From the NCBI RefSeq assembly GCF_006345805.1, contig NC_042999.1, positions 20,646,001-20,710,000 on the forward strand: DNA of 64,000 nucleotides, written 5' to 3'. The notes beneath the pieces were generated by a model. The model made no database searches and had not been told where the DNA came from. It saw nothing but the letters and a program-made list of their open reading frames with translations. The position numbers and the translations under genes are program-made. Shown one piece after another: positions 50,588 through 61,720 of this stretch. How positions within the stretch are numbered: position 1 is the first letter of the stretch; the number at the start of each line of letters is the position of its first letter. The stretch is from Octopus sinensis. Lineage: Eukaryota.

Positions 50588-51190
50588 AAGGCGTTGAGCT
50601 GGCAGAATCGTTAACATGCCGAGCGAAATGCTTAGCGGTATTTCGTCTGCCGTTACATTATGTGTTCAAATTCCGCCGAGGTCGACTTTGCATTTCATCC
50701 CTTCGGGGTGGATAAATTAAGTACCAGTTACGCACTGGGGTCGATATAATCGACTTAATCCATTTGTCTGTCCTTGTCCTCTCTGTGTTTCGCCCCTTGT
50801 GGGTAGTAAAGAAATAGGTATTTCGTCTGCCGCAACGTTCTGAGTTCAAATTCCGCCGAGATCGACTTTGCCTTTCATCATTTCGGGGTCGATTGAATAA
50901 GCACCAGTTACGCACTGGAATCGATATAATCGACTTAATATGTTTGTGTGCCCTTGTTTGTCCTCTCAGTGTTTAGCCCCTTGTGGGCAGTAAAGAAATA
51001 GGTATTTCGTCTGCCGTTACGTTCTGAGTTCAAATTCCGCCGGGGTCGACTTTGCTTTTCATCCTTTCGGGGTCGATAAATAAAGTACCAGTTACGCACT
51101 GGGGTCAATATAATCTACTTAATCCGTTTGTCTGTCCTTGTTTGTCCTCTCTGTATTTAGCCCCTTGTGGGTTGTAAAGAAATAGGTATT
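50588..51190 (+). mobile_element. SINE family C trimer
   Basis: One head plus three ~186-bp bodies. Confidence 0.92.
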
Positions 51191-51707
51191 AATAAATAAA
51201 TGCCCTCAATACTGACACTAAAAATTAGAGAAAGAGACTTGACTGGTTGGAATCTGGTGTGAAGCAGCAACAGATAAATTGCTGTTAGTGTGTTTTGCTT
51301 GCGAGATTTGTCCGAATATGCAGTGGTAGTGTATTCATGTCCTTACACAATACATCTGTTTGAAAGAATATTTTCATGAATAACGTCCGCGCATACACTA
51401 AAATTAAACAAAGGAATAGAATGTGTTGGAATCGACTTTCAAGTATTAGTTCATAATTTTAAAGTAAGATTCGAAAAAAAAAAATTTTTTTTCAATATGA
51501 TTTACTCTCAGTGAAACCATGCTCAAGTACCATTCAAGCATCTATACAAATGAAAAACAAACAAACAAACTATGGAAGAGGACAGAGAAACACTTGAAAG
51601 ATTAAATCATATTGTAATATAAGTAGAAGAGATCTTGAGTCAATCATTATGAACACACATATAAATATACACTAATATATAACATGTATAGATAGAAACA
51701 AACAGAT

Positions 51708-51752
<45 letters not shown>

Positions 51753-51807
51753 GCTAGATAGAGTATGCTTTACTCTAACAAGAATCTTTTACGATTAAAT
51801 CCTAAAT

Positions 51808-52560
51808 GTGGAGGCGCAATGGCCCGGTGTTTAGGGTAGCGGACTCGCGGTTGTAGGATCGCGGTTTCGATTTACAGAACGGGCGTTGTGAGTGTTTAAT
51901 GAGCCAAAACATCTCCGCGAGGCTTCCGGTTGGGGGTAGTGACGCTGATTTCTTTCACCGCCACTGTCTCTCACTCTTTCTTCCTCTCCTTTCTGTTGTA
52001 CCTGTATTTCAAAGGGCCAGTCTTGTCATACTCTGTGTCACACTGAATCTCTCCGAAAACCACGTTATGGGTACACGTGTCTGTAGAGTGCTCAGCACTT
52101 GCACGTTAATTTCACAAACAGGCTAAGGCGGCGAGTTGGCAGAGACGTTAGCACGCCGAACGAAATGCTTAGCGGTGTTTCGTCTGCCGCTACGTTCTGA
52201 GTTCAAATTCCGCCGAGGTCGACTTTGCCCACCATCCTTTCGGAGTCGATGAATTAAGTACCAGTTACACACTGGTGTCGATATAATCGATTTAATCCGT
52301 ATATCTGTCCTTGTTTGTCCCCTCTGTGTGTAGCCCCATGTGGGTAGTAAAGAAATAGGTATTTTGTCTGTCTTTACGTTCTGATTTCAAATTCCGCCGA
52401 GGTCAACTTTGCCTTTCATCCTTTCGGGTCGATAAAGTACCAGTTGCATACTAGGGTCGATCTAATCGACCGCCTCCCTTCCTCCCAGAAAATAATTTCA
52501 CGAGCAGGCAGTCGGATCAACGGGAACCCTCGCCGTCGTAACCGACAGAGTCCCACGACA
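51808..52560 (+). mobile_element. SINE family A interrupted by a family C dimer (52125-52490)
   Basis: Family A head at 51808; TAATTTCAC(A/G)A(A/G)CAGGC is duplicated on both sides of the insert; the A tail resumes at ~52491. Confidence 0.88.
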
Positions 52561-53734
52561 ACCGAAATAAACTTGTTAGTTTTTACTAATTGTTCTACTA
52601 TGTTTTTATAATATGGCTATAATTAAAGAACTGAGTAAATTTCTCAGTACAGGATTAATAAATATTATTTTCATATTGTTTAGCCGAAATCGTTTTGTTT
52701 GTAAATATATTATTTGCGTTTCTGAATACTCAGCATATTCAACAATTTGTACTTCTACTTCATAAACAACGTTTCTAGCCAATTTTCTGTTTTCATCCCT
52801 ATGATGTGTCTAATGTGACTGCGTTCGAGAATTATTATTAATCTGAAACTATTCCCAGGTTTGCCGGACCACCCTTTCTGCTACACGCAAAATATAATTG
52901 TCTGTGTAGGAATATACAATCCACACCTCTTTATATTTCGTCCTTGTCTCTTATTTTTCAGCATTACAAATGCGGACTATACAGGAAATTTTAATCTGTT
53001 TTTGAGTGAAAAGTAAAAAGGTTTGAGTTTGTTGAAGAGAAATACGGGGATCATTAAGACCATTCGAGTCTCCATGTTGTTAAGTTTTCTTGGGGATAGT
53101 AAATTCTATGTAGCCCAGGCTACAGTAGATAACAATGATCACGATTTCACATCTCCGAACAGACATCACAAGGTTCATACTTGAAGCTACATCTATTTAA
53201 TCTTCAAGATGCAGTTGTATTGTTTTTAACCTGGTTGATGAATGGACTCTTTCTTTAACAAACCATAACGTTCGACTGTACATACATTATTTCTATTGAG
53301 AATTTGAACAGAAAGAGCTTTCTAGATTTCTTGCCCACTTTTGTGGTTGCTTTTATTTAGAAAATAAGAATGTCAATAAAGATGGCCTGTAACTCTCTTG
53401 CGTTCACATGATCATTAATTTTCTTAAAATACCAGCTTTATTATCGTGTAGTTATGTCAGAACGATCTACGGTTGTTTGATATGCATTGGGTTCCTCACA
53501 TCGCATTGCAGTTAATTGTCACAAGTAATGTTGGCTTCCGAATTTCCTCTCGACACACAACGCAATTTTGAAGTTATTTCCCATTGATCATGCAGTGCCG
53601 GTAAATAAATAGGGACAACTAAATTGTTGCATTGATTTGAAACCAAAATCCAAATTTTGTAAATTTTAACACAGTAAATAATAGAGGCCTTATTAAATTA
53701 AATTTACTTCTAAATAACTCAATGTATATTTATT

Positions 53735-54135
53735 TCTTTATTGCTCACAATGGGGCTATATATGGAGGGGACAAACAAGGACAAAGTCGATCACAGCGAT
53801 CCCAGTGCGTAACTAGTAGTTATTTAATCGACCCCGAAAAGATAAACAATAAAGTTGACCTTGGCGGAATTTGAACTCAGAACGTAACGGCAGACGAAAT
53901 GCCTATTTCTTTACCACCAACAAGGGGCTAAACACAGAGGAGACAAACAAGGACAGACAAACGGATTAAGTCGATTACATCGACTCCAGTGCGTAACTGG
54001 TACTTAATTTATCGACCCCCGAAAGGATGAAAGACATATTCGACCTCGGCGGAATTTGAACTCAGAACGTAACGGCTGCCGAAATACGGCCACGCATTTC
54101 GCCCGGCGTGCTAACGATTCTGCCAGCTCGCTGCC
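53735..54135 (-). mobile_element. SINE family C dimer
   Basis: Matches family C. Confidence 0.88.
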
Positions 54136-55670
54136 CGATCTCGAAGTATATTCTAACCATAAAAACCTCAATGTCATTCTTTTTAATATGATACACTGAA
54201 ACTACGCCGGACAGAATGCTTAGCAACAATTTGCCCGTCTATATGTCCTGAGATCAAATGCTGCCGGAGGCGAATTTGCTTTTCATCAATTAGAAATCCA
54301 CACATGTTTCAGTTTAACCCTGGAGTCAATGGAAAACACTTGCCATCTCATCCAAAATTGCTGACCTCGTGCCAAAACCTGGAAACCATTAAATCGAATT
54401 ATTAACACAAGGTATCAATCCATAAACTAAGAGCATTATTATTGTCTTAAATAGTGAAATTAAAAGAAAATGTTAAAGTATATGTAGAAACTAATTCACT
54501 ATTGCATTCTTTACCAACAAACAGAAGTATCAAAACAGAGGGTAGATAAATTGTTTATTAATCTAAAAGCGTACATTTAACAAATATATAATTCACCTCG
54601 CTGTCCAAATGTACCAAATCATTTACCAATAGAGAACACCCATCCCAATACAAACTGATATTCATCTCTGCACTACCGGTGTCAATTTCGTTCAATAGGA
54701 ATACACGTTTAACACATAACTGATTACGAAAAATGTCATTCTACGGAAATTACACATGTAATATTGGTTTGAAATTTAGGCACAAGGGTAGTATGTTGGG
54801 TAGAGGCGCCAAATCGATTACTTCGAGCTCAGTGTTCAACTGGTACTTATTTTATCGATCCCGAAATTAGGAAAAGGCAAAGTTGGCCTTGGTTGAATTT
54901 GACCTCGCAACGTAAAGACGGACGGAATACTGCAAAACATTTTCTGCAGCGTGTTACCGATTTTGTCTTGTTTCTGGCTTGTCCAAAATAAATATTAAAT
55001 ATTGTTATTTACACGATGGCGAATATTGTCAGTGGTACGTCCACTAATAATAATTCCTTCGTATTTTTGTACAAAAGTAACCATATAGGAAAGAGGACCT
55101 TGTGTTCAACTAATGGTTATTTTATCACCAATAGAATTTGATCTCACAATGTAAAGGCGGTCGAAGTGCCGCGAACCATTCCAGCGTGCTACCGATTCTA
55201 TCTGCTTTCCGCCTTGACCAAAATGAATATCAAAATATTGTCATTTACACGATGGTGAATTAATGTCAGTGGTACATCCACTAATAAATAATTCCTTATT
55301 TTTATACAAAAGTAACCTTATAGAAAAAAGAACCTTATGTTCAACTAATGGTTATTTTATCAAATTCGACGACGGTGGGATTTGAACTCAGAACGTAGAG
55401 GCGGGCGAAATGCCGCTAATATTTCGCCCAGGATGACAACAATTCTGCCAGTGTGCTGCATTATATGACACATATAGTACTGGTTTCAAATTTCGTTGCC
55501 AGCAGTTTCTGGGGAGGGGTGAAGTCGATTACATTCATGTCAGTGCTCAGTTGGTACTTATTTTATCGACCCCAGAACAACGCCTTAAAGTACACTTGTA
55601 ATATTATTAAGAATTATTTCACTCTTGCGGCATTTTAATACTTACTAGAGTTATAAGCTACTAATGAACG

Positions 55671-55938
55671 TTACGTTTGTTTGTTCCTCACAAGGGCCGG
55701 CTTCCTGGTTTCCTTGGCGTATAGTTTTCACACCTGGACGAGACGCCGGTCCGTCGCAGGTGAGCTGCAAGATGCAGGAGGAAACAGTGAGAGAAAGTTG
55801 TGGCGAAAGAGTCGGCATCACCTTCTGCTGGAACCGCGTGGCGCTTATAAACACACACAACGCCCGGTCTGAGATTCGAACCCGCGATCCCTCGACCGCG
55901 AGTCCGCTGCTCTAACCACTAGGCCATATGCTTCCCAC
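55671..55938 (-). mobile_element. SINE with family A head and core but a different 3' tail
   Basis: Shares the tRNA head and GTGAGAGAAAGTTGTGG core; the tail CCTGCGACGGACCGGCGTCTCGTCCAGG...GGAAACCAGGAAGCCGGCCC differs from family A. Confidence 0.8.
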
Positions 55939-56603
55939 ACTAATGAACGTGATGAGACACACATACACGCACATTCATATGTATGCGTGAATATATATAA
56001 AGAGAGGGAGAGAGAGTGAAAGAAAGAAAAAGAGAGAGATACACATAGACACGCATACACATAATTTATGACCGCTTAATTTCGCATTTGAAAGTTATAC
56101 TGTTCAGAAGCAAAAAAAAAAAAAAAACTGTGGACGTATTATCAGATGTATTTAAAATGAGAATATGCGCAAAAATACTTCGCATTTCGTATTTTAGGTG
56201 TGACTGAAGCAGTCAAGACAAATGGGTTTTAAATTCATTTTTAACAGAGCAACTGAAGATAGATGAAGCCATGAATATTATGTAACAGTTACAAAGATAT
56301 TGTACATTAAAGTAAACTGATTGATTAGATAAGACACTCTGCTGTTTCAGCAATGCATGCACTAAAATTGGAACGATATAGAGATGATTAGATAACAATC
56401 TACATCTAGAGCAACTCGTTTGTGGTTCGTTAGGTGGTATCTGCTATAAATAAATTACTGTGACTCTAAACGCAACACAACCTTATAAATCTATGTACTG
56501 GAAAACTACAAGGCGTTCTTCGATTGCATAAAAATATCAGTCGCTCTACATTAATTATATTATTTACATTTGACGGATATTTGTCCTCATCTTGTTTGTT
56601 ATC

Positions 56604-56649
56604 AATACAACGTTTCGGCTGATATACCCTCCAACCTTCATCAGGTGTC
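56604..56649 (-). ncRNA. Minimal hammerhead ribozyme
   Basis: GACAC-CTGATGA-A-GGTTGG-AGGGTATA-TCAGCC-GAAA-CGT-T-GTATT; 6-bp helix II; helix I with one mismatch. Confidence 0.7.
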
Positions 56650-56700
56650 TTGGGGGAAATTTCGAATCTGGATTCTCATTCCTAAGGAATTTTTCGATGA

Positions 56701-56735
<35 letters not shown>

Positions 56736-56913
56736 TATTATTATTCAAGTCACTGCCTCGAATCGAACTCTGAATTTTGGGTTTCGTATCCCGTGAGCGT
56801 AAACACTACGTCATATGCCCACGGGCATATGGCGTAGTGACCTGAATAATAATAATAATAACAACATCGAAAAATACCTTACGAATGAGAACCCAGTTTC
56901 GAAATTTCTCCAA

Positions 56914-56959
56914 GACACCTGATGAAAGCTGGAGAGTGTATCAGCCGAAACGTTGTGTT
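56914..56959 (+). ncRNA. Minimal hammerhead ribozyme
   Basis: GACAC-CTGATGA-A-AGCTGG-AGAGTGTA-TCAGCC-GAAA-CGT-T-GTGTT; 5-bp helix I; A.C mismatch at the base of helix II. Confidence 0.7.
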
Positions 56960-57941
56960 AACAACAAACAAGATGAGGACATATATCCGTCAAATGTAAA
57001 TAATATAAATAATGTACATAATGCCTCATCTCTTAAATATAGAAGTGTATTATCCGTCGTTCTAGTTTTAAAATTATGCAGAAGAGAATTTGAATCTAAA
57101 CCTATCAAAGCTAAGGAAATACTCGAATTAATTAGCTCTTTTATAAGCTTTTGGTATTTAATGAAAGGATTATCTTTAACTAACATTGCTCATAGTTAAG
57201 GTTTCTGTTATAGGATAAGGGTTTTCAGCGAAAAATCAAAACAAGTGGGCTGAATGTAACAGTATATCCATTTAGTATAATCTTTATAGTTTGAAAGAGA
57301 GAGATTTTATAGGAACCTTACATCTTAAATATACTAGGAGCTAAGTAATCTTGGCTTGCTGGAAAATATCAACTAGAAATGAATAATAAAATATATCTCT
57401 GAAATACAGTAAGATATATATTAATTGCCAACAGTATTATATATGGTTGTTCTAAGAACTTTCCTAAATTAGCAATTGCAGCGTGGAGGGCATAACGTTT
57501 TTTTACTCTAGGCACAAGGCTCGAAATTTTTGGGGAGGGGCCGAGCTGAGAAGGTCGAACCTAGTACGCAACTGGTATTTAATTTTTCGACCCCCAAAAT
57601 ATGAAAGGTAAAGGCAACCTTGGTGGAATTTGTGAAGGATATAAATTCGCCAATCAGAAACGCACAAACTTGACAACTTCAGCGGCACACTTATCTGAAA
57701 TATGGTATCAAAATTCTTGTCGCTCTAGTCTGAGCTGGAAGAATCATTAGCCCCACCCCACCCTGCAAAATGCTTAACAGCATTTCGTCTGTCATTACCT
57801 TCTGAGTTCTAATTCCGCCGATGTCGACTTTACTTTCATTCATTCAGAGTCAATAAAACAAGTACCAGTTGATCACCGGGCTCCATGCAAACGATTTAAC
57901 CCCTCCACGAAATTTCTGGCCTTGTGCCAACATTTGAAACT

Positions 57942-58326
57942 GTGGAAGCACTCCGTCGGTTACGACGACGAGGGTTCCGGTTGATCCGAATCAACGGAAC
58001 AGCCTGCTCGTGAAATTAACGTGTAAGTGGCTGAGCACTCCACAGACACGTGTACCCTTAACGTAGTTCTCGGGGATATTCAGCGTGACACAGAGAGTGA
58101 CAATGCCGGCCCTTTGAAATACAGGTACAACAGAAACAGGAAGTAAGAGTGAGAGAAAGTTGTAGTGAAAGAGTACAGCAGGGATCACCACCATCCCCTG
58201 CCGGAGCCTCGTGGCGCTTTAGGTGTTTTCGCTCAATAAACACTCACAACGCCCGGTCTGGGAATCGAAACCTCGATCCTATGACCGCGAGTCCGCTGCC
58301 CTAACCACTGGGCCATTGCGCCTCCG
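57942..58326 (-). mobile_element. SINE family A inserted in the tail of a family C copy
   Basis: TSD CAA(C/A)ATTTGAAACT on both sides; homologous to 91-472. Confidence 0.9.
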
Positions 58327-58693
58327 CAAAATTTGAAACTAATATTACATAAATGCGTAAGTTAAGCTCAGTGTCTGCGTTTCTGAATGACGGCAATCAA
58401 TGAAGCTTCAACACAGGATCTCAGATCGAAACACTTGCTATGCAAGTACATCTCTATTATTTACGAAATTAATCTCTATAGAATAACCTTGCGAAAGATA
58501 AACTTCCCTTTGATTATAGTCTTCTTTATTGCTATCGGTAATATACCATCAACAACAATAGGGTTAATGAACTCAAGACTTGACCACTTACTGCGCCGTG
58601 ACATCTTAATTGTTGCGATGGGAATTATACCTACTTACATACAAACATACGTATACACATATTCCACACAAATACACGCACCCACATACAAAC

Positions 58694-58855
58694 GTGACTG
58701 TGTGGTAAGAAGCTTGCTTCCAAACCACGTCGTCTCGGGTTCAGTCCCATTGCGTGGCACCTTGGGCAAATGTCTTCTATTATAGCCTCGGGCCAACTAA
58801 ATCTTTGTGAGTGGATTTGATAGCTGGAAACTGAAGAGAAGCCCATCGCATATAT

Positions 58856-58937
<82 letters not shown>

Positions 58938-59340
58938 TTTCATACATAAATATAAGAGGAAATGTTTTAACCACTAAATGGAAACCCTTATGCTAGAAGA
59001 AGATCCGCTATGGTCTCAACCACTAAAAATTGGTGTTAAAATTGATATTATCAAATTAATATCCAATTTTTCACCCTCGTTTTGATTTTAATTATATATA
59101 TATATATATATATGTATGTATATATATATATGTATGTATGTATGTATGTGTGTGTGTTTATGTGTCTGTGTGTGTCTGTGTCTGTCTCTGTTCTCCCCAC
59201 CATCACTTGACAACCGATGTTCTTGTATTTACGTCCACGTAACTTACCGGGTTGGCAAACGAAATCGATACAAGTAAGGGGCTTACGAAGAATAAGTCCT
59301 GGTGTCAACTGACAAGAACAAGAAAATAAAAAGAAAAAGG
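58694..59340 (+). mobile_element. SINE family B split by a ~160-bp insert (58936-59092) within its internal (TA)n
   Basis: 5' half 58694-58850; 3' half ~59150-59340. Confidence 0.75.
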
Positions 59341-59433
59341 AATATATATATATATATATACATATATATATAAATATATATATACATACATATATATATA
59401 CACACACATATATATATACATACATATATATAT

Positions 59434-59484
<51 letters not shown>

Positions 59485-59706
59485 TCAATATAGGATGGCA
59501 AAAAATTTTGTAGAATTTTTTTTGCCACCAGCGGCCTAGTGGGAAAAAAATTAAATAGTCATAGACCATTTTTAAGTTCAACATCACAATCAAGGAACGG
59601 CCATAATAGGCCATTCACCCACTAGAAATAACAGCCAAAAGCTTCAACCGCAAAATAACATCAATTCCGTAAACCAGGAGAAAATTAAAAAAACATTTAC
59701 CCTGTA

Positions 59707-59813
59707 ATTTCTTATACGATGCACCGTTTCATCTACTGTTTAATGGTAAACTAACCTGATTAAATTAAATCAAGCCAATCTACCATAGGCCCTTAGATTC
59801 ATCAGTAAGAAAT
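59707..59813 (-). ncRNA. Type I hammerhead ribozyme (array copy 1)
   Basis: Reverse complement of the motif at 60617-60723. Confidence 0.85.
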
Positions 59814-60616
59814 AGCCAAGTCGGAACAGATATCTTTCACGAGGCATTCCCGTCCCTGCCTCGGCAATATCTGACCTAAAATTTTCAAATCATCGCACTC
59901 GCGCCAAATTTATCGGCAGCAAATAAATATAAGCCGCCGATTCCATTACGGAATTAACCAGAAAATACATAATTAATCAATATAGGGTGGCAAAAAATTT
60001 TGTAGAATTTTTTTTGCCACCAGCGGCCTAGTGGGAAAAAAATTAAATAGTCATAGACCATTTTTAAGTTCAACATCACAATCAAGGAACGGCCATAATA
60101 GGCCATTCGCCCACTAGAAATAACAGCCAAAAGCTTCAACCGCAAAATAACATCAATTCCGCTTGATTTAATTTAATCAGGTTAGTTTACCATTAAACAG
60201 TAGATGAAACGGTGCATCGTATAAGAAATTACAGGGTAAATGTTTTTTTAATTTTCTCCTGGTTTACGGAATTGATGTTATTTTGCGGTTGAAGCTTTTG
60301 GCTGTTATTTCTAGTGGGTGAATGGCCTATTATGGCCGTTCCTTGATTGTGATGTTGAACTTAAAAATGGTCTATGACTATTTAATTTTTTTCCCACTAG
60401 GCCGCTGGTGGCAAAAAAAAAATTCTACAAAATTTTTTGGCACCCTATATTGATTAATTTTGAATTTTCTGGTTAATTCCGTAATGGAATCGGCGGCTTA
60501 TATTTATTTGCTGCCGATAAATTTGGCGCGAGTGCGATGATTTGAAAATTTTAGGTCAGATATTGCCGAGGCAGGGACGGGAATGCCTCGTGAAAAATAT
60601 CTGTTCCGACTTGGCT

Positions 60617-60723
60617 ATTTCTTACTGATGAATCTAAGGGCCTATGGTAGATTGGCTTGATTTAATTTAATCAGGTTAGTTTACCATTAAACAGTAGATG
60701 AAACGGTGCATCGTATAAGAAAT
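60617..60723 (+). ncRNA. Type I hammerhead ribozyme (array copy 2), predicted cleavage after A60715
   Basis: ATTTCTTA-CTGATGA-ATCTA-[long stem-loop]-TAGAT-GAAA-CGG-TGCA-TCG-TA-TAAGAAAT: 8-bp helix I, 5-bp helix II base, 4-bp helix III, GUA cleavage triplet, fully canonical core. Confidence 0.88.
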
Positions 60724-61107
60724 TACAGGGTAAATGTTTTTTAATTTTCTCCTGGTTTACGGAATTGATGTTATTTTGCGGTTGAAGCTTTTGGCTGTTA
60801 TTTCTAGTGGGTGAATGGCCTATTATGGCCGTTCCTTGATTGTGATGTTGAACTTAAAAATGGTCTATGACTATTTAATTTTTTTCCCACTAGGCCGCTG
60901 GTAGCAAAAAAAATTCTACAAAATTTTTTGCCACCCTATATTGATTAATTATGAATTTTCTGGTTAATTCCGTAATGGAATCGGCGGCTTATATTTATTT
61001 GCTGCCGATAAATTTGGCGCGAGTGCGATGATTTGAAAATTTTAGGTCAGATATTGCCGAGGCAGGGACGGGAATGCCTCGTGAAAAATATCTGTTCCGA
61101 CTTGGCT

Positions 61108-61214
61108 ATTTCTTACTGATGAATCTAAGGGCCTATGGTAGATTGGCTTGATTTAATTTAATCAGGTTAGTTTACCATTAAACAGTAGATGAAACGGTGC
61201 ATCGTATAAGAAAT
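61108..61214 (+). ncRNA. Type I hammerhead ribozyme (array copy 3), predicted cleavage after A61206
   Basis: Same motif as 60617-60723. Confidence 0.88.
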
Positions 61215-61332
61215 TACAGGGTAAATGTTTTTTAATTTTCTCCTGGTTTACGGAATTGATGTTATTTTGCGGTTGAAGCTTTTGGCTGTTATTTCTAGTG
61301 GGTGAATGGCCTATTATGGCCGTTCCTTGATT

Positions 61333-61396
<64 letters not shown>

Positions 61397-61584
61397 TATA
61401 TACATATATATATACGATAGTGTATTCTGTTTACATAACGTATAAGACTTGACATTAGACCTTATCTAATTTGCATTATGTAATTGATAATCACCTTACA
61501 CTAATGAAATGTATACAAGATGTAACTATATATTCTGTAAATGATGTCTCAAAGTTTGTGTTATTCTCTTTATTATACACTCTC

Positions 61585-61628
<44 letters not shown>

Positions 61629-61647
61629 TATATATATACATATACAT

Positions 61648-61682
<35 letters not shown>

Positions 61683-61720
61683 ATATATTATATATATATA
61701 TATATTATATATATATATAT

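Larger units (their letters stand above)
56547..57016. mobile_element. Palindromic element: two divergent arms, each tRNA-like head + (AAT)n + body + hammerhead + tail
   Basis: Arms 56547-56820 and 56823-57016 around a 2-nt centre (GCCC-AC-GGGC). Left head GGGCATATGACGTAGTG...GAGTTCGATTC; right head internally deleted. Confidence 0.85.
59481..61336. repeat. Tandem array of a ~491-494-bp hammerhead-containing unit with an orientation switch at 60160/60161, bounded by (TA)n
   Basis: Unit starts recur at 59481/59973 (one orientation) and 60161/60655/61146 (opposite orientation); copies are near-identical. Confidence 0.95.
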
